64,000 nucleotides of DNA, taken from contig CAVZXQ010000002.1 in the NCBI GenBank assembly GCA_963779315.1, positions 53,204 to 117,203 of the forward strand, in the 5' to 3' direction. Source of the DNA: an uncultured Chloroflexia bacterium (GTDB lineage Bacteria; Chloroflexota; Limnocylindria; Limnocylindrales; CSP1-4). The notes beneath the pieces are model-generated. The model saw only the letters and a program-made list of their open reading frames with translations, was not told the origin of the DNA and ran no database searches. Below, piece after piece: positions 1 through 11,145 of this stretch. Each line of letters begins with the position of its first letter. Position 1 is the first letter of the stretch. The position numbers and the translations under genes were made by a program.

Positions 1-656
1 CCGGTCGTCGAGGGTCGGCCCGCCGGGACGACCGCCATCCGCGTGCGGTGCCTCGGATCCCGGCCGATGGGTGCCTCGATCCGCCCGACAGCTGCCGAGA
101 CACTCCCTTGCACGAGCGCGAGGTAGGTCTTCTTGACGCGCCGGGCCTTCAGCTGCGCCATCAGCGATGCCTGTGCCCCGTCGTGCTTGGCGACCATCAG
201 GAGCCCGCTCGTGTCGCGATCGAGCCGGTGGACGATGCCCGGGCGGGCGACGCCGGCGATGCCGCCGTATTCCGCCCCGCCGGCCCGCCCCAGGAGCGCG
301 TTGACGAGCGTGTCGTCGGCATGGCCGGGAGCCGGATGGACGACGAGGCCCGCCGGCTTGTCCACGATGAGCAGATCGTCATCCTCGTAGACGACCTCGA
401 CGTGGATGTCCGGGGCGGCGACCAGGTCCAGGCTCGCGACCTCCGGCACGTCGAGCCGCAGGTCCGCTCCGGCGTCCACGACGGTGTTGGCCTTGATCGC
501 CTCGCCGTCGGCGGTGAGTCGGCCATCCGAGATGAGCTTCTGGACGTAGCTGCGCGACAGACCTGTCGCATCGGCCACGATCCGATCGACGCGGCCGCGA
601 CCCCCATCCGGGACCCGGATGGACCGGATACCCGCGAGGGCCACGCCCTCAGGCAT
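1..656 (-). CDS. rluD: RluA/RluD-family pseudouridine synthase (3' end runs off the window edge)
   Basis: My own minus-strand translation from the ATG at 654-656 reads MPEGVALAG.., then an S4-like N-terminus (VDRIVADATGLSRSYVQKLI), then the catalytic-Asp motif GIVHRLDRDTSGLLMVAKHDGAQ (about 171-239). The frame stays open to position 1, so it is absent from the ORF track. The ATG overlaps the lspA stop. Confidence 0.85.
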   Translation of the reverse strand, partial: MPEGVALAGIRSIRVPDGGRGRVDRIVADATGLSRSYVQKLISDGRLTADGEAIKANTVVDAGADLRLDVPEVASLDLVAAPDIHVEVVYEDDDLLIVDKPAGLVVHPAPGHADDTLVNALLGRAGGAEYGGIAGVARPGIVHRLDRDTSGLLMVAKHDGAQASLMAQLKARRVKKTYLALVQGSVSAAVGRIEAPIGRDPRHRTRMAVVPAGRPSTT

Positions 657-1197
657 CGGCCTCACCGTGCGAAGAGCCGGTCAGCGCCGGGAAGATGGCC
701 ATCGCGAGCAGCATCACGATCGCGAGGCTGATCGCGGAATCGGCCACGTTGAAGGTCCAGAAACGCAGGTCGCCAAGTCCGATATCCACCCAATCGACGA
801 CGTAGCCCAGGCGGAGCCGATCGATCATGTTCCCGATGGCACCGCCGAGCAGCAGGCCCAGAGCGACCGAGAGATACAGGCTCCGACCGGCTCGCCCGTG
901 GTACAGCACGATGAGGCCGACGACGCCGACCGAGACCAGGGCGAACAGGATCGCCTGGTCGCGGAACAGGCCGAACAGGGCGCCGCTGTTCTGGCTCAGG
1001 ACGAAGCGCACGTAGTCACCGACGACCGACATGACCTCGCCGAGCGACACATTGGCAAGGAGCCACGCCTTCGAGAGCTGGTCGACGACGACGACGAGTG
1101 CCGCCAGCGCGAGGAAGACCCCCCAGCGGGCACGCCTCGCGACCGGGCGGGTCGTCGCCGGACTGCCCGTCCCATCCTGCTCGCCCACGCCGTCCAT
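649..1197 (-). CDS. lspA: Lipoprotein signal peptidase II
   Basis: Last 182 codons of ORF 649..1455. It has four TM segments and the LspA motifs QLSKAW, NSGALFG, GGAIGNMIDR and FNVADSAI. The start is taken at MDGVGEQ (1197). Confidence 0.85.
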   Translation of the reverse strand: MDGVGEQDGTGSPATTRPVARRARWGVFLALAALVVVVDQLSKAWLLANVSLGEVMSVVGDYVRFVLSQNSGALFGLFRDQAILFALVSVGVVGLIVLYHGRAGRSLYLSVALGLLLGGAIGNMIDRLRLGYVVDWVDIGLGDLRFWTFNVADSAISLAIVMLLAMAIFPALTGSSHGEADA

Positions 1198-1207
1198 CGG
1201 CAACAGC

Positions 1208-4200
1208 CTACCCGTTCGTCCGGCGGCGCAGGGCGAAACGGATCTCACCCGCGCCGACCTCCACGGTGGCCCGTGCGGTCGCATCGGCCGGGATCGCGCC
1301 TTCGGCCAGATCGGACAGGGTGTCTGCGGCCACGGCCGCGAGGTACGGAACGACCGCCGCGTCGGCGCCGTCGATCCACAGGTCGATCCGTTCATCGAGG
1401 TCCAGCCCGGCATCGCGGCGCAGGTCCTGGATGGCCCGCTGGAGATCGCGGGCATCGCCCTCGGCGCGCAGGTCGTCGGTCAGCTCCGTGTCGATGACGA
1501 CGACGAGGCCCTCATCGTGGGCGACCGCGGTCCCCGGCCGCGGCGTCGCCTGGATCTCGACCTCGTCCGGCGCGAGGGTCACCCCGCCAAGCGTCACCGA
1601 GCCATCGGCCTCGAACACGACCGCTCCATCGCGGGCCGCCGCCATGATGGCCGGGATCGCCGCGCCAAGGCGTTTGCCGATCCTGGGCAGCAGCGGCTTG
1701 ACCCGCCGCTCCACGAGGTCCGACTGGTCCGAGATGACCTCGACGGACTTCACATTGATCTCGGTCGCGACGATGTCGAGCAACTCCTGGTCCACTGCGA
1801 GGCCGCGCTCCGGCAAGGCGATCCACGCGGTGGCCAGCGGCTGGCGAGTCTTGAGGTGGGCGGAACTGCGCAGGGTCCGGGCGAGATCCACGGCCCGCTG
1901 GGCGACGGCCATCGCCGCCTCCAGCCCGGGATCGCGATGCGTCCGCCAGGTCCGTGGTCGGGAACCGGGTCAGGTGGACGCTGTCCGGGGCGGCGTCGTC
2001 CACGGCGACGACCAGGTTCTGGTACATCGCGTCGGTCACGAACGGGAGCATCGGAGCGAGCATGCGGGCGACGCGACGAGCGCCTCATGCAGGGTCGCGA
2101 AGGCCGCGGCGCGATCCACGACGTCGTCCGAGCGCGAGAACCGGCGGCGCGACAGGCGCAGGTACCAGGTGGAGAGGCCGTCCATGAACTCGCTCAGCGC
2201 TCGCGTCGCACCCACCGCGTCGACATCGCGCAGGCGCTCCTCGACGGTCGCAGCCGTGCCGGCCGCCCGGGACAGGATCCAGCGATCCAGCGCCGGCCGG
2301 TCCGCGACCCGGGGCGTATCGGCGTCGCCCGGCACCCACGCCTGCGAGCCGCGCGTACGTGGCGAAGAACGCGTAGACATTCCACAGGACCAGCAACTCG
2401 CGGCGCGCTTCATCGGCGGCGTGCCAGCCGAACGCGATGTTGTCCTCGGGCCGCGCCTTGGCGAACATCCAGCGCATGACGTCCACGCCCATCCGCTCGG
2501 CGGCCTCGTCGAAGTCGATCGCGTTGCCCCAGCTCTTGTGCATCGGCCGACCGTCCTCGGCGAACACGAGGGCATAGCCGAAGATCGTCTTGAACGGCGG
2601 CTCACGGCGCAGCACCGTCGACATCGCGAGCATGCTGTAGAACCAGTTGCGGAACTGGCCGGGGAAGCTCTCGGTGATGAAGTCGGCCGGGAACCACTTC
2701 GCCCAGTAGTCCGGATCCTCGCGGTGATGGAGCGTGGAGAACGGCACGATGCCGGCATCGAGCCACGGATTGCCGACGTCCTTGATCCGCTCGACCGGGG
2801 CGCCGCAGCCGTCGCACGCGATGCGAACGGCATCCACGTGCGGCCGATGCGGCGTGTGACCCTCGAACGCGTCCCAGCCGGCGACCGCGCGTGCCTCGAG
2901 GTCCGTCGCGCCCGCCGACGACGGTGACCGTCCCGCACGCGGCGCAGTCGTAGATCGGGCAGCGCCAGTCCCCAGTAGCGCTTCTTGCTGATCATCCAGT
3001 CGTGCATGTTGCGAAGCCAGTCCAGCTCGCGCTCGTGGCCGAAGTCCGGGATCCACCGGATCTGGTCGACCACATCCATGATCTGGTAGCGCAGGCTGGC
3101 GTCGACCTGCTCCGCGGTCAGCGTCTCGCGCGGCTGGTCGTAGAGCGGGCCCATGCTGATGTACCACTCGTCCACCAGCCGGAAGACGAGCGCGGTCCCG
3201 CAGCGCCAGCAGTGCGGGTAGCGGTGGGTGATCGTCTCGAGGCGCTGGAAGCGGTCCTCGCGCTTGAGGTGCTCGATGATCGGCTCGGCGACGTCGCGGA
3301 CATCGCGTCCGCTCAGGGCCCCGAATCCGGCGAGGATCACGCCCGACTCATCCAGCGGCGCGATGACCGGCAGACCGAGCGACTTGCCCAGGTGGTAGTC
3401 CTCGGCACCGCAGCCGGGCGCGATATGGACGATGCCGGTCCCCTCTTCCTCGCCGACCTCATCCCAGGCGATGACGACGTGCTCGTACGGGCGGTCCGGG
3501 AGCGTCGCGCGTCCCGGCCGCGAACGCCTTGCGAACGGCCGGTAGCTCGTCGAACGGCCCCTCGTAGCGCCAGCCGACCAGCTCGGCTCCCAGGCGCTCC
3601 TCGAGGATCTCGAACGGACCCACGAGCGCCTGCTTGAGCGTCCCGCGCGCCAGCCAGAACCGGTCGTCGCCCTGGCGGACCAGGACGTAGCGCAGGTCCA
3701 CCCCGACCGCCGCGGCCACGTTGGAGGTCAGCGTCCAGGGCGTCGTCGTCCAGACCAGCAGCGCCTCGCCGGGGCGGTCGAGCAACGGGAACCGGACCGT
3801 CAGGCCCGGGTCGTCGCGATCCTGGTAGCCCTCGTTGAGCTCCGTCTGTGACAGGCCGGTGCCGCAGCGCGTGCACCACGGCATCGTGTCGTCGCCCTTG
3901 TACAGCCAGCCACGGCGATGGCACTCGGCGAGGAAGCCCCAGATCAGGTCGTTGTTCTCGTTGCTGAACGTGAAGTAGGACCCACCGACGTCGGGCATCC
4001 CGAGCCGTCCGACCAGCATCTCCGCGCTGTCGGTGACGGGGCCGTCCGGACCATGGATCGTGGCCTCGGCCGACGGGATCCGCCCCGAGCAGATCGTGCA
4101 GGCGGCGCAGCTCGACCGGGTCGTTCCAGTCCATCCACATGCCGAGCCGGATCGACTGCTCGGTCTGCCGCGCGGCGTACGTCAGCACGCGCTGCTTGCA

Positions 4201-4557
4201 GAGGGTCACGAACTCGGCGATGCCGTACGCCTCGATGTCGCGCTTGGAGGTGAAGCCGAGATCGCGCTCGACGTTGACCTCCACCCACAGCCCCTGGCAG
4301 TCGAAGCCGTTCTGGTAGCGCTGGTCCTCGCCGAGCATCGCGTGGAAGCGCTGGTAGAGATCCTTGTAGGCGCGGCCCCAGGCGTGATGGACACCCATCG
4401 GGTTGTTGGCCGTGATGGGTCCGTCCAGGAAGCTCCAGCGCGGACCGCCGGCGTTCTGCGCGCGGAGCCGTGCGAACGTCCCCCGCTCGCGCCAGAGCGC
4501 CAGGATGTCGTGCTCCTGGCTGACGAGATCGGGCCTTGCGGGAACGGCGTTGAACAT
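1208..4557 (-). CDS. ileS: Isoleucyl-tRNA synthetase, type 2; reading frame broken at least 7 times in this sequence
   Basis: The N-terminus [41 protein letters not shown] lies in ORF 3337..4866 (ATG 4557). The protein continues through ORFs 3459..4019 ([14 protein letters not shown]), 2036..3340 ([23 protein letters not shown]), 2085..3167 ([12 protein letters not shown]), 1512..2063 and 1208..1912. Frame changes fall near 4085, 3505, 2968, 2920, 2330, 2060 and 1935. The restored path has no internal stops. Confidence 0.9.
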
Positions 4558-4642
4558 CCGACTCCAGTGACATGGCGGGGCGACGGCGGCCGCTCGGGTG
4601 GCCGGCGGACTGAATTCGACGGGTCCGGGTATCCTACCCGCG

Positions 4643-6471
4643 ATGCACGAAACGCAGGAGGCGCGACCGCGCGCCCGATCCCCGTTCGCCGCCGCCTTCC
4701 TGTCGCTCCTGTTCCCCGGTCTCGGCCAGTGGTACGCCGGCGCGACGATGCGGGCCCTGGCCTTCGCTGCCGCTCCGATCCTGCTCATCGCCCTGCTGCT
4801 GGGCGTGGGCCTGCGCATGGATCGAATCGCCCTGCTGGGACTCGCCCTGGACCCGAACGTCCTCAACGGCGTGTTCGTCCTGAACGTCGTCGCCCTGATC
4901 TACCGGGTCGTCGCCATCGTGGACGCCTACCGCGTCGCCGAGTTCATGAACGCCCAGGCGGCGTCCGGCGACGGTCGCGCCGGTCGCGCCCGGATCCGCC
5001 GGAACCCGGCGTCGATCGCCGGCCTGCTGGCGGTCCTGCTGGTCATGGCCACGAGCCACGTCGTCGTCGGCAAGTACGACATGTACGCGATGGAACTGGT
5101 GGATCGAGGCTGCGACGGGATCTTCATCGGTTCCGACTCGGCCCAGGACTGCGTCGACCCGGCCGAGCCGACGGCCTCGCCGATCCGCGGACGCCTCCGA
5201 GGACCCGATCGCCGAGGCGACGGAGACCCCACGCCGGAGCCGAGCATCATCGGGACGCCCGTTCCCAACGTGTCGATCGCGCCGTGGGATGGCAAGGAAC
5301 GCCTGAACATCCTGCTCATCGGCGCGGACGAGCAGGGCGGCGGCCACAACACGGACACGCTCATCACGGTCTCGATCGACCCGGTCACCAAGCAGGTGGC
5401 GATGTTCAGCCTGCCGCGCGACACCGTGGACGTGCCGATCCCGCCGGGCCCGGCCCGCCAGGTGTGGGGCCGCGACTACGGGGGCAAGATCAACAGCTTC
5501 TTCGCCAACAACCGGAAGCGCTCCGACCTGTGGCCGGGCAACGACCGCACGCGCGGCTACAACGCCCTGAAGTCCGTGATCGGCGAGCTGTACGGCCTCG
5601 ACATCAAGTACTTCGTGGAGGTCAACTTCGACGGGTTCAGGAAGGTCGTCGATTCGGTCGGTGGGGTCACGATCAACGTCCAGATCCCCGTCTCGGACGA
5701 CCGCTTCCCAGGCGCGAAGGGCAAGCTGCTCCGCGTCTACATCCCCACCGGGATCCAGCACATGGACGGCGCCGAGGCGCTCCGGTATGCCCGCTCCCGC
5801 CACTCCTCGACGGACTTCGATCGCGGTCAGCGACAGCAGCGCGTCCTGCTCTCGCTCCGCGAGCAGGCGGACCCGCAGAACCTCATCCCGCGGCTGCCCG
5901 AGCTGATCGCCGCCCTCAAGAAGACGGTCAGGACGGACGTGCCCGCTCGACCAGATGGACGAGCTGCTCGGCCTGGCCTCGGAGGTCGATACCAAGAACA
6001 TCCGCTCCTACGTGTTCGCGCCGCCGCTCTACTCGCGGGACACCTGCCAGGACGCGCGCGGCTGCGTCGTCATCCCGAACATCGCGCGGATCAAGGCCGC
6101 CGTCAAGGACGCCTTCACGGCCGATCCGGCGGACGAGGCCCTGCGCGAGACGCTGGCCACCGAGGGTGCCGGCGTGTGGGTCCTCAACGGGACGAACGAG
6201 CGCGGGACGTGGATCGGACCTCGCGGGCTTCCTGGACTACCACGGGGTCGCCGCGTCGGCGCCGCGCCAGAAGCCGGAGGGGGCGGTCCCGTCGAACACG
6301 AGGATCGTCGTCTTCAACGGCGCCGAGGCCACGATCCCGGAAACGATCGCCTACCTCGAGAAGACCTTCGGCGTGAAGGCCAGCCTGGCCGACGACCCGA
6401 CGATCCGCACCGACGTGATCGTCACCATCGGGTCACGCACCCCACGATTGGCGGCGCCGGTCGGTCCCTAG
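4643..6471 (+). CDS. LytR-CpsA-Psr (LCP) family cell-envelope phosphotransferase; 2 frame changes
   Basis: ORF 4598..6376, with the start taken at MHETQEA (4643). An N-terminal TM segment is followed by the LCP core [73 protein letters not shown]. The tail continues in the frames of ORFs 5955..6509 and 4033..6471 (LytR_C-like). Breaks lie near 5945 and 6215. Confidence 0.8.
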
Positions 6472-6505
6472 CCGGACGGACGGGGCGCCGTGGACGACGG
6501 GCGTC

Positions 6506-7487
6506 CTAGACGATGGGCGTCAGCCAGTGCATGTAGTCGGGCAGGTTGCCCCGCACGGCGTCGAAGTAGCGGTCGTGCAGGAGCTTCGAGATCGGCCCGA
6601 TCGAGCCCGACCCGACCGGTCGGTGGTCGACCTCGATGATCGGGGAGATCTGGACGCCGGTCCCGCACAGGAACGCCTCGTCCGCGATGTACAGCTCGGA
6701 TCGATCGATGGATCGCGTCTCGACCGGGATGCCCTCGGCCCGCAGCAACTCCATCATCGCCTTGCGCGTCACGCCCTCCAGCAGGTCGTCGCTGACAGGC
6801 GGCGTCAGGGCCACGCCGTCGCGGACGATGAACACGTTCGCCGCGGACGCCTCGTTGACGTGGCCACCGGCGGTGAGCACGAGGGCCTCGTCGTAGCCGT
6901 TGAGCTCCGCCTCGGACTTCTGGAAGGCCATGTTCACGTAGCCGCCGACGATCTTGCCGCGAGCCGGGCAGCGCCTCATCGGCGTTGCGTCGCCAGGATG
7001 AGGTCATCACCCGGATGCCCGAATCGGTGTCCAGGTAGTTGCCGAACGGCAGCGCGACGATGTACAGCTCGTTCTCGAGCCCGTGCAGGCGGACGCCGAT
7101 GACCCGGCTGGACTTGTAGAACGACGGCCGGATGTAGGCGTCCTCGCGGAACCCGTTCCGCCGGATCGTCTCCACGATGAGGCCGGTCAACTCGTCGGCG
7201 GTCGGGACGTCGTCCATCAACAGGATCCGGCACGACTGGAGGATGCGCTCCACGTGCTCGCGGATCTTGAGGCCGTACAGGACGCCCTGGTCCGCGTTCC
7301 AGTAGGCCCGGATCCCCTCGAAGGTCGCGGTCCCGTACATGAACGCGTGGGTCATGATGCTGACCTTGGCGTCGCGCATCGGGACCCATCCGCCCTCGAA
7401 GTAGCAGATCAGGTCGCCCAGGGCGTCGGCAGCCGGGGCGTGGTGGGTGGACGGCGCGGCGGTGTCGGCGGGCTTCTGGGTGATCAT
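6506..7487 (-). CDS. ilvE: Branched-chain amino acid aminotransferase (class IV); 1 frame change
   Basis: The N-terminal part MITQKPADT..YFEGGWVPMRDAKVSIMTHAFMYGTATFEGIRAY lies inside ORF 6468..7976 (ATG 7487). The C-terminal part is ORF 6506..6979 (GYVNMAFQKSEAELNGYDEALVL..NVFIVRDG..FLCGTG). The break is near 6975, in a short G/C run. Confidence 0.85.
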
Positions 7488-7554
7488 GCGGACGGCTCCT
7501 GCGACGAAGGACGCGAGTATATCAGCGGGCCCCTGACGCTCAGCCGACAGTCGA

Positions 7555-8607
7555 TCAGCCGATCGTGCCGCTGACGACCAGGCCGACCAGCCCGAGGTAG
7601 GCCAGGTAGAACACGCCGCCGACCAGCAGCCCGCGACCGCGCAATCGGCCGGACCGGACCATCGGCAGGAAGATGAACGCGGACGACAGGAAGGCGATGC
7701 CCGCCGACGCGAACGCGATGTACGAGCCGGGACCGATGACCCAGCTGCTGGAGGCGAAGACCAGCGCGATGACCGTCGGGATCGTGGACTGGAAGACCAT
7801 CGCCCCGGTGATGTTGCCCATGGCCAGGGTGTCCTTGCCCTGGCGGACCCACAGGACCGAGTTGAACTTCTCGGGCAGCTCCGTGGCGATCGGCGCGATG
7901 ACGAGGGCCAGCAGCAGCTCATCCACGCCGAACTGCGACGCCAGGTGTTCGACGGCATCCACGAACACGACGGCACCCAGGATGATCAGGCCGAGCGCGG
8001 CGATGACCTGCAGGTTGACCACGCGCAGTCGCGGCACCGTGGGCTCCTCGCGATGTGCGCTCCGGTCCAGCCGGTGGAAGCGGAGCGGTGCCAGGTCCTC
8101 CAGGTCCACCGACGCGTCCGCCTCGAAGTGGCCTTTGACGTACCAGGCGTAGATCCCCAGGAGGATCGCCGCGACGATCCACTTGAGCCAGACGGGCTCC
8201 AGCGGCAGGAAGGCCGCCCCGATGGCGATGGCGTAGGCGATCGCGAAGTAGGTCATGTCATGGCTCAGGACGCGCGTATCCACGAGCATCGTGTCGTCGG
8301 TCGGCCGGCGGTGCTTGACCATCAGGACGGCCACGCCGGTCACGAACATCGCCAGCGTGGCCAGCATGAACGGCGCGCCCAGGATGGCGCCGATGCCGAT
8401 GTCGTTCGAGGCCTCGCCGGTGGCGAACAGGATCGCGATCAGCGGGATCATCGTCTCGGGCAAGGCCGTCCCCACCGCGGCGAGGACGGACCCGACGGCC
8501 CCTTCGGCGAGGTCGAGCTTGCGCCCGAACCATTCGATGCTGTTGGTGAACAGCTCGGCACCCAGCAGGATGATCAGGAAGGCGGCGACCAGGAGGAGGA
8601 CTTCCAT
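7555..8607 (-). CDS. Na+/Ca2+ exchanger (CaCA/YrbG-like) membrane protein
   Basis: Intact 350-aa ORF with about 10 TM segments. It carries two alpha-repeat signatures, AVGTALPE and IATELPEKF. Confidence 0.8.
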   Translation of the reverse strand: MEVLLLVAAFLIILLGAELFTNSIEWFGRKLDLAEGAVGSVLAAVGTALPETMIPLIAILFATGEASNDIGIGAILGAPFMLATLAMFVTGVAVLMVKHRRPTDDTMLVDTRVLSHDMTYFAIAYAIAIGAAFLPLEPVWLKWIVAAILLGIYAWYVKGHFEADASVDLEDLAPLRFHRLDRSAHREEPTVPRLRVVNLQVIAALGLIILGAVVFVDAVEHLASQFGVDELLLALVIAPIATELPEKFNSVLWVRQGKDTLAMGNITGAMVFQSTIPTVIALVFASSSWVIGPGSYIAFASAGIAFLSSAFIFLPMVRSGRLRGRGLLVGGVFYLAYLGLVGLVVSGTIG

Positions 8608-8614
8608 GCGGGCG

Positions 8615-8970
8615 TCAGCCGTCCGTCGCGAGGGCGGTCACGATGCCGACCGCGATGACCAGGAGGATGCCGACACCCACGCCGACCATGCGCCACGAAC
8701 CTTCACGGCGCGAATCCTATCGCGGAGACCACCACCCGCACGATCGGCGTGGCGATGACGACCACCAGGCCAAGCCACAGGAAGCCGGCCGGGACGCCCG
8801 CCCGGATCTCGTCCCAGATCAGGGCCGGATCGAACGCCGGTCCGCCGCGGAGCGGCGAGATGCCGTTCGACGATCATCAGGCCCACGCCCACGACGAGCA
8901 ACGCGACGGCCACGTAGGTCATGGCCACCATCAACCGTCCGATGGTCGAATCGAAGCGGTGGGTGTTCAT
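8615..8970 (-). CDS. DUF1634-type small membrane protein; 2 frame changes
   Basis: It begins MNTHRFDSTIGRLMVAMTYVAVALLVVGVGLMIVE. After shifts near 8865 and 8700 it reads GISPLRGGPAFDPALIWDEIRAGVPAGFLWLGLVVVIATPIVRVVVSAIGFA..REGSWRMVGVGVGILLVIAVGIVTALATDG and stops at 8615-8617. Its start forms an ATGA overlap with the upstream TauE gene. DUF81/DUF1634 is a known conserved gene pair. Confidence 0.6.
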
Positions 8971-9744
8971 CCGATCGCCTTGAGCAGCATCTGGCTGGCG
9001 GTGTAGACAAGCACGACGACGAACAGCGCACGCAGGTAGCGCAGGTCGATCCGTGGCGCGACCCGCGACCCGAGGCTGGCGCCCAGGAAGACGCCGATCG
9101 CCGTCGGGCCGGCGACATACGGGTCGATCTCGCCGCGCAGGAGGTAGATGACGGCACTCGCCGCCGCGGTGATCCCGATCATGAGGTTGCTGGTGGCGGT
9201 GGACACGCGCAGGGGCACGCCCATCGTCAGGTTCATCAGCGGGACCTTGATGATCCCGCCACCGATCCCCAGCAAGGCGGACACCACACCCGCGAAGGTC
9301 GCACCGATGACGCCCTTGCCCATGTTGCGCACGACGTAGCCGTCGGGCGCGCCCTCCTCGCCGGTCGGTTGTGGTCCCGACGTCGCCGCGACGACGGACC
9401 ATCGTGATGGCGATGTAAGCGAGCAGGACCGCGAACAGGAACGCCAGCAGGCGTTCGTCCAGCAGGAATGCGACCGAGCCGCCAACGAGGGCGCCCATCG
9501 CCGTGAACAGCTCCAGGGTCATCCCGAGGCGCAGGTTGGCGACGTGACGCTCCAGGTAGACCCCGGCCGCGGCGCTGCTGGTCATGATCACGCTCACGAG
9601 CGACACGCCCACGGCTTCACGCAGCGGCAGGCCGAAGCCAAGGGTCAGCAGTGGCACGATGAGCACGCCGCCCCCAAGGCCGAGCAGCGAGCCGAACATG
9701 CCGGCTGCGGCCCCGCCGCCGAGCATCAGCAAGCCGACGATCAC
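8967..9744 (-). CDS. TauE/SafE (DUF81) family anion exporter; 1 frame change
   Basis: The N-terminal half is in ORF 8638..9744 (GSLLGLGGGVLIVPLL). The C-terminal half is in ORF 8967..9485 (SALLGIGGGIIKVPLMN). This is the typical duplicated GGG-containing TM repeat. The break is near 9390. Confidence 0.8.
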
Positions 9745-9795
9745 GGCGGTCCGTCCGAGGGGCGGGTCAGGAAGCGCCGCCCGATCGGCACCAGA

Positions 9796-10062
9796 TCAGG
9801 GGCGAAGGTGCTGCGGCGCGTACGGAAGCAGGGCGACGTGCCGGGCGCGCTTCAGCGCCACGGACAGTTCACGCTGATGACCGGCGCAGGTCCCGGTCTT
9901 GCGCCGCGGCTCGATCTTCGCCCGTTCAGACAGGTAGCGGCGGAGGCGGTTGACCTCCTTGTAGTCGATCTGGACGGTCTTGTCGGCGCAGAAGGCGCAG
10001 ACCTTGCGCCGGCGGCGATCGCGGTAGGAGTCGTCGCGCTTCTTGGAGCGAAGGGGGGGCAT
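9796..10062 (-). CDS. rpsR: 30S ribosomal protein S18
   Basis: Intact 88-aa ORF reading ..[58 protein letters not shown]. Confidence 0.95.
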   Translation of the reverse strand: MPPLRSKKRDDSYRDRRRRKVCAFCADKTVQIDYKEVNRLRRYLSERAKIEPRRKTGTCAGHQRELSVALKRARHVALLPYAPQHLRP

Positions 10063-10077
10063 CGTATGTCTCCTGGA

Positions 10078-10533
10078 TCAGAAGGGGAGGTCGTCGAGGT
10101 CGGTGTCATCGGACGGGGGTCGCGAGCCACCGGCAGGTGCCCCACCGGCATACGGCGCGCCGGTGAAGCCTCCGCCACCGCCACCGCCGTCATCGTCGCG
10201 CCCGCGGGCTGCGAGGCTGATGACGTTGTCCGAGATCACGTCGAGTGAGGTCCGCTTCTCACCATCCTTGCCTTCGAACTCGCGGGTCTTGAATCGACCC
10301 TCGACGAAGACCTTGGTGCCCTTGCGGAGCTGCTCGGCGGCACGCTCGGCGCGATCGCCGAAGACGCTGACGCGGTACCAGTCCGTGCCCTCGTCCACCC
10401 AGCCGCCCTGGCCATCGGGCTTGCTGTGGCTGACGGCGACGCTGAACTGGGTGACCGGCTTGCCGTTGGGGGTGTAGCGCATCTCCGGGTCGCGGCCCAG
10501 GTTGCCGATGAGCATGATCTTGCAGAACGCCAT
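10078..10533 (-). CDS. ssb: Single-stranded DNA-binding protein
   Basis: Intact 151-aa ORF. It has an OB fold (KIMLIGNLGRDPEMRYTPNG..WYRVSVFG), a Gly-rich linker and an acidic tip DLDDLPF. Confidence 0.95.
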   Translation of the reverse strand: MAFCKIMLIGNLGRDPEMRYTPNGKPVTQFSVAVSHSKPDGQGGWVDEGTDWYRVSVFGDRAERAAEQLRKGTKVFVEGRFKTREFEGKDGEKRTSLDVISDNVISLAARGRDDDGGGGGGGFTGAPYAGGAPAGGSRPPSDDTDLDDLPF

Positions 10534-10545
10534 CGTGAGCCTCCC

Positions 10546-10987
10546 TCAGTCGATGGCGGCCGGGGCCGCCTCGCTCTCGGATTCATCGATCGGCTCGGGG
10601 ATGTCGTCCTCGTCCTCGAGATCGTCGTCGGACGGGAGGAGGGAACCCTCGAGGTCGTCGATGTCCGCATCGTCGCCGTCGCCCGTCGGAGGCGCGGTTG
10701 GGGCGATCCACGCGGGTGACCAGGTGGCGGATGACTTCCTCGGTGATGAGCAGGCTGTGTTCCAGCTCGACGAGGGCTTCGGGGGGCGACTCGAACAGGA
10801 CGATCTGGTACGAACCATCACGGTGGTGACCGATCGGATAGGCCAGCCGTCGGCGGCCCCATGGCGCGACCTTGATGATCTGGCCGCCTGCCGCCACGAT
10901 CTGGCGGGTGGACTTGTCGATGACAGCCTGGCTCTTGTCATCCGGCACGTCCGGGCTGAGCACGAGCATGAGTTCGTAACGGCGCAT
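10546..10987 (-). CDS. rpsF: 30S ribosomal protein S6 with acidic C-terminal tail; 1 frame change
   Basis: MRRYELMLVLSPDVPDDKSQAVIDKSTRQIV..WGRRRLAYPI lies in ORF 10583..11074 (ATG 10987, GGAAGGAG upstream). The acidic tail ..DDLEDEDDIPEPIDESE is in the frame of ORF 10546..11040. The break is near 10690. Confidence 0.9.
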
Positions 10988-11145
10988 ACGCGCAGGCACT
11001 CCTTCCAATGGGGATGCCCCGTCGACGGTACGGCCGGCACGGAGCGGAAAGGAAACGGAGCGGTAGTCTAGCACGGCAACCCGGGAAGACCGGCCTCCAC
11101 GTCAGAAGACCGTCCGCCGCGGATATCCAGCCCGCGCGCGGCTCG

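Noticed and set aside
4558-4642. A T-box leader upstream of ileS, as seen in many Gram-positives.
   Set aside because: Only about 85 nt separate ileS from the divergent LCP gene. That is too short for a T-box, and no specifier-loop or T-box sequence is visible.
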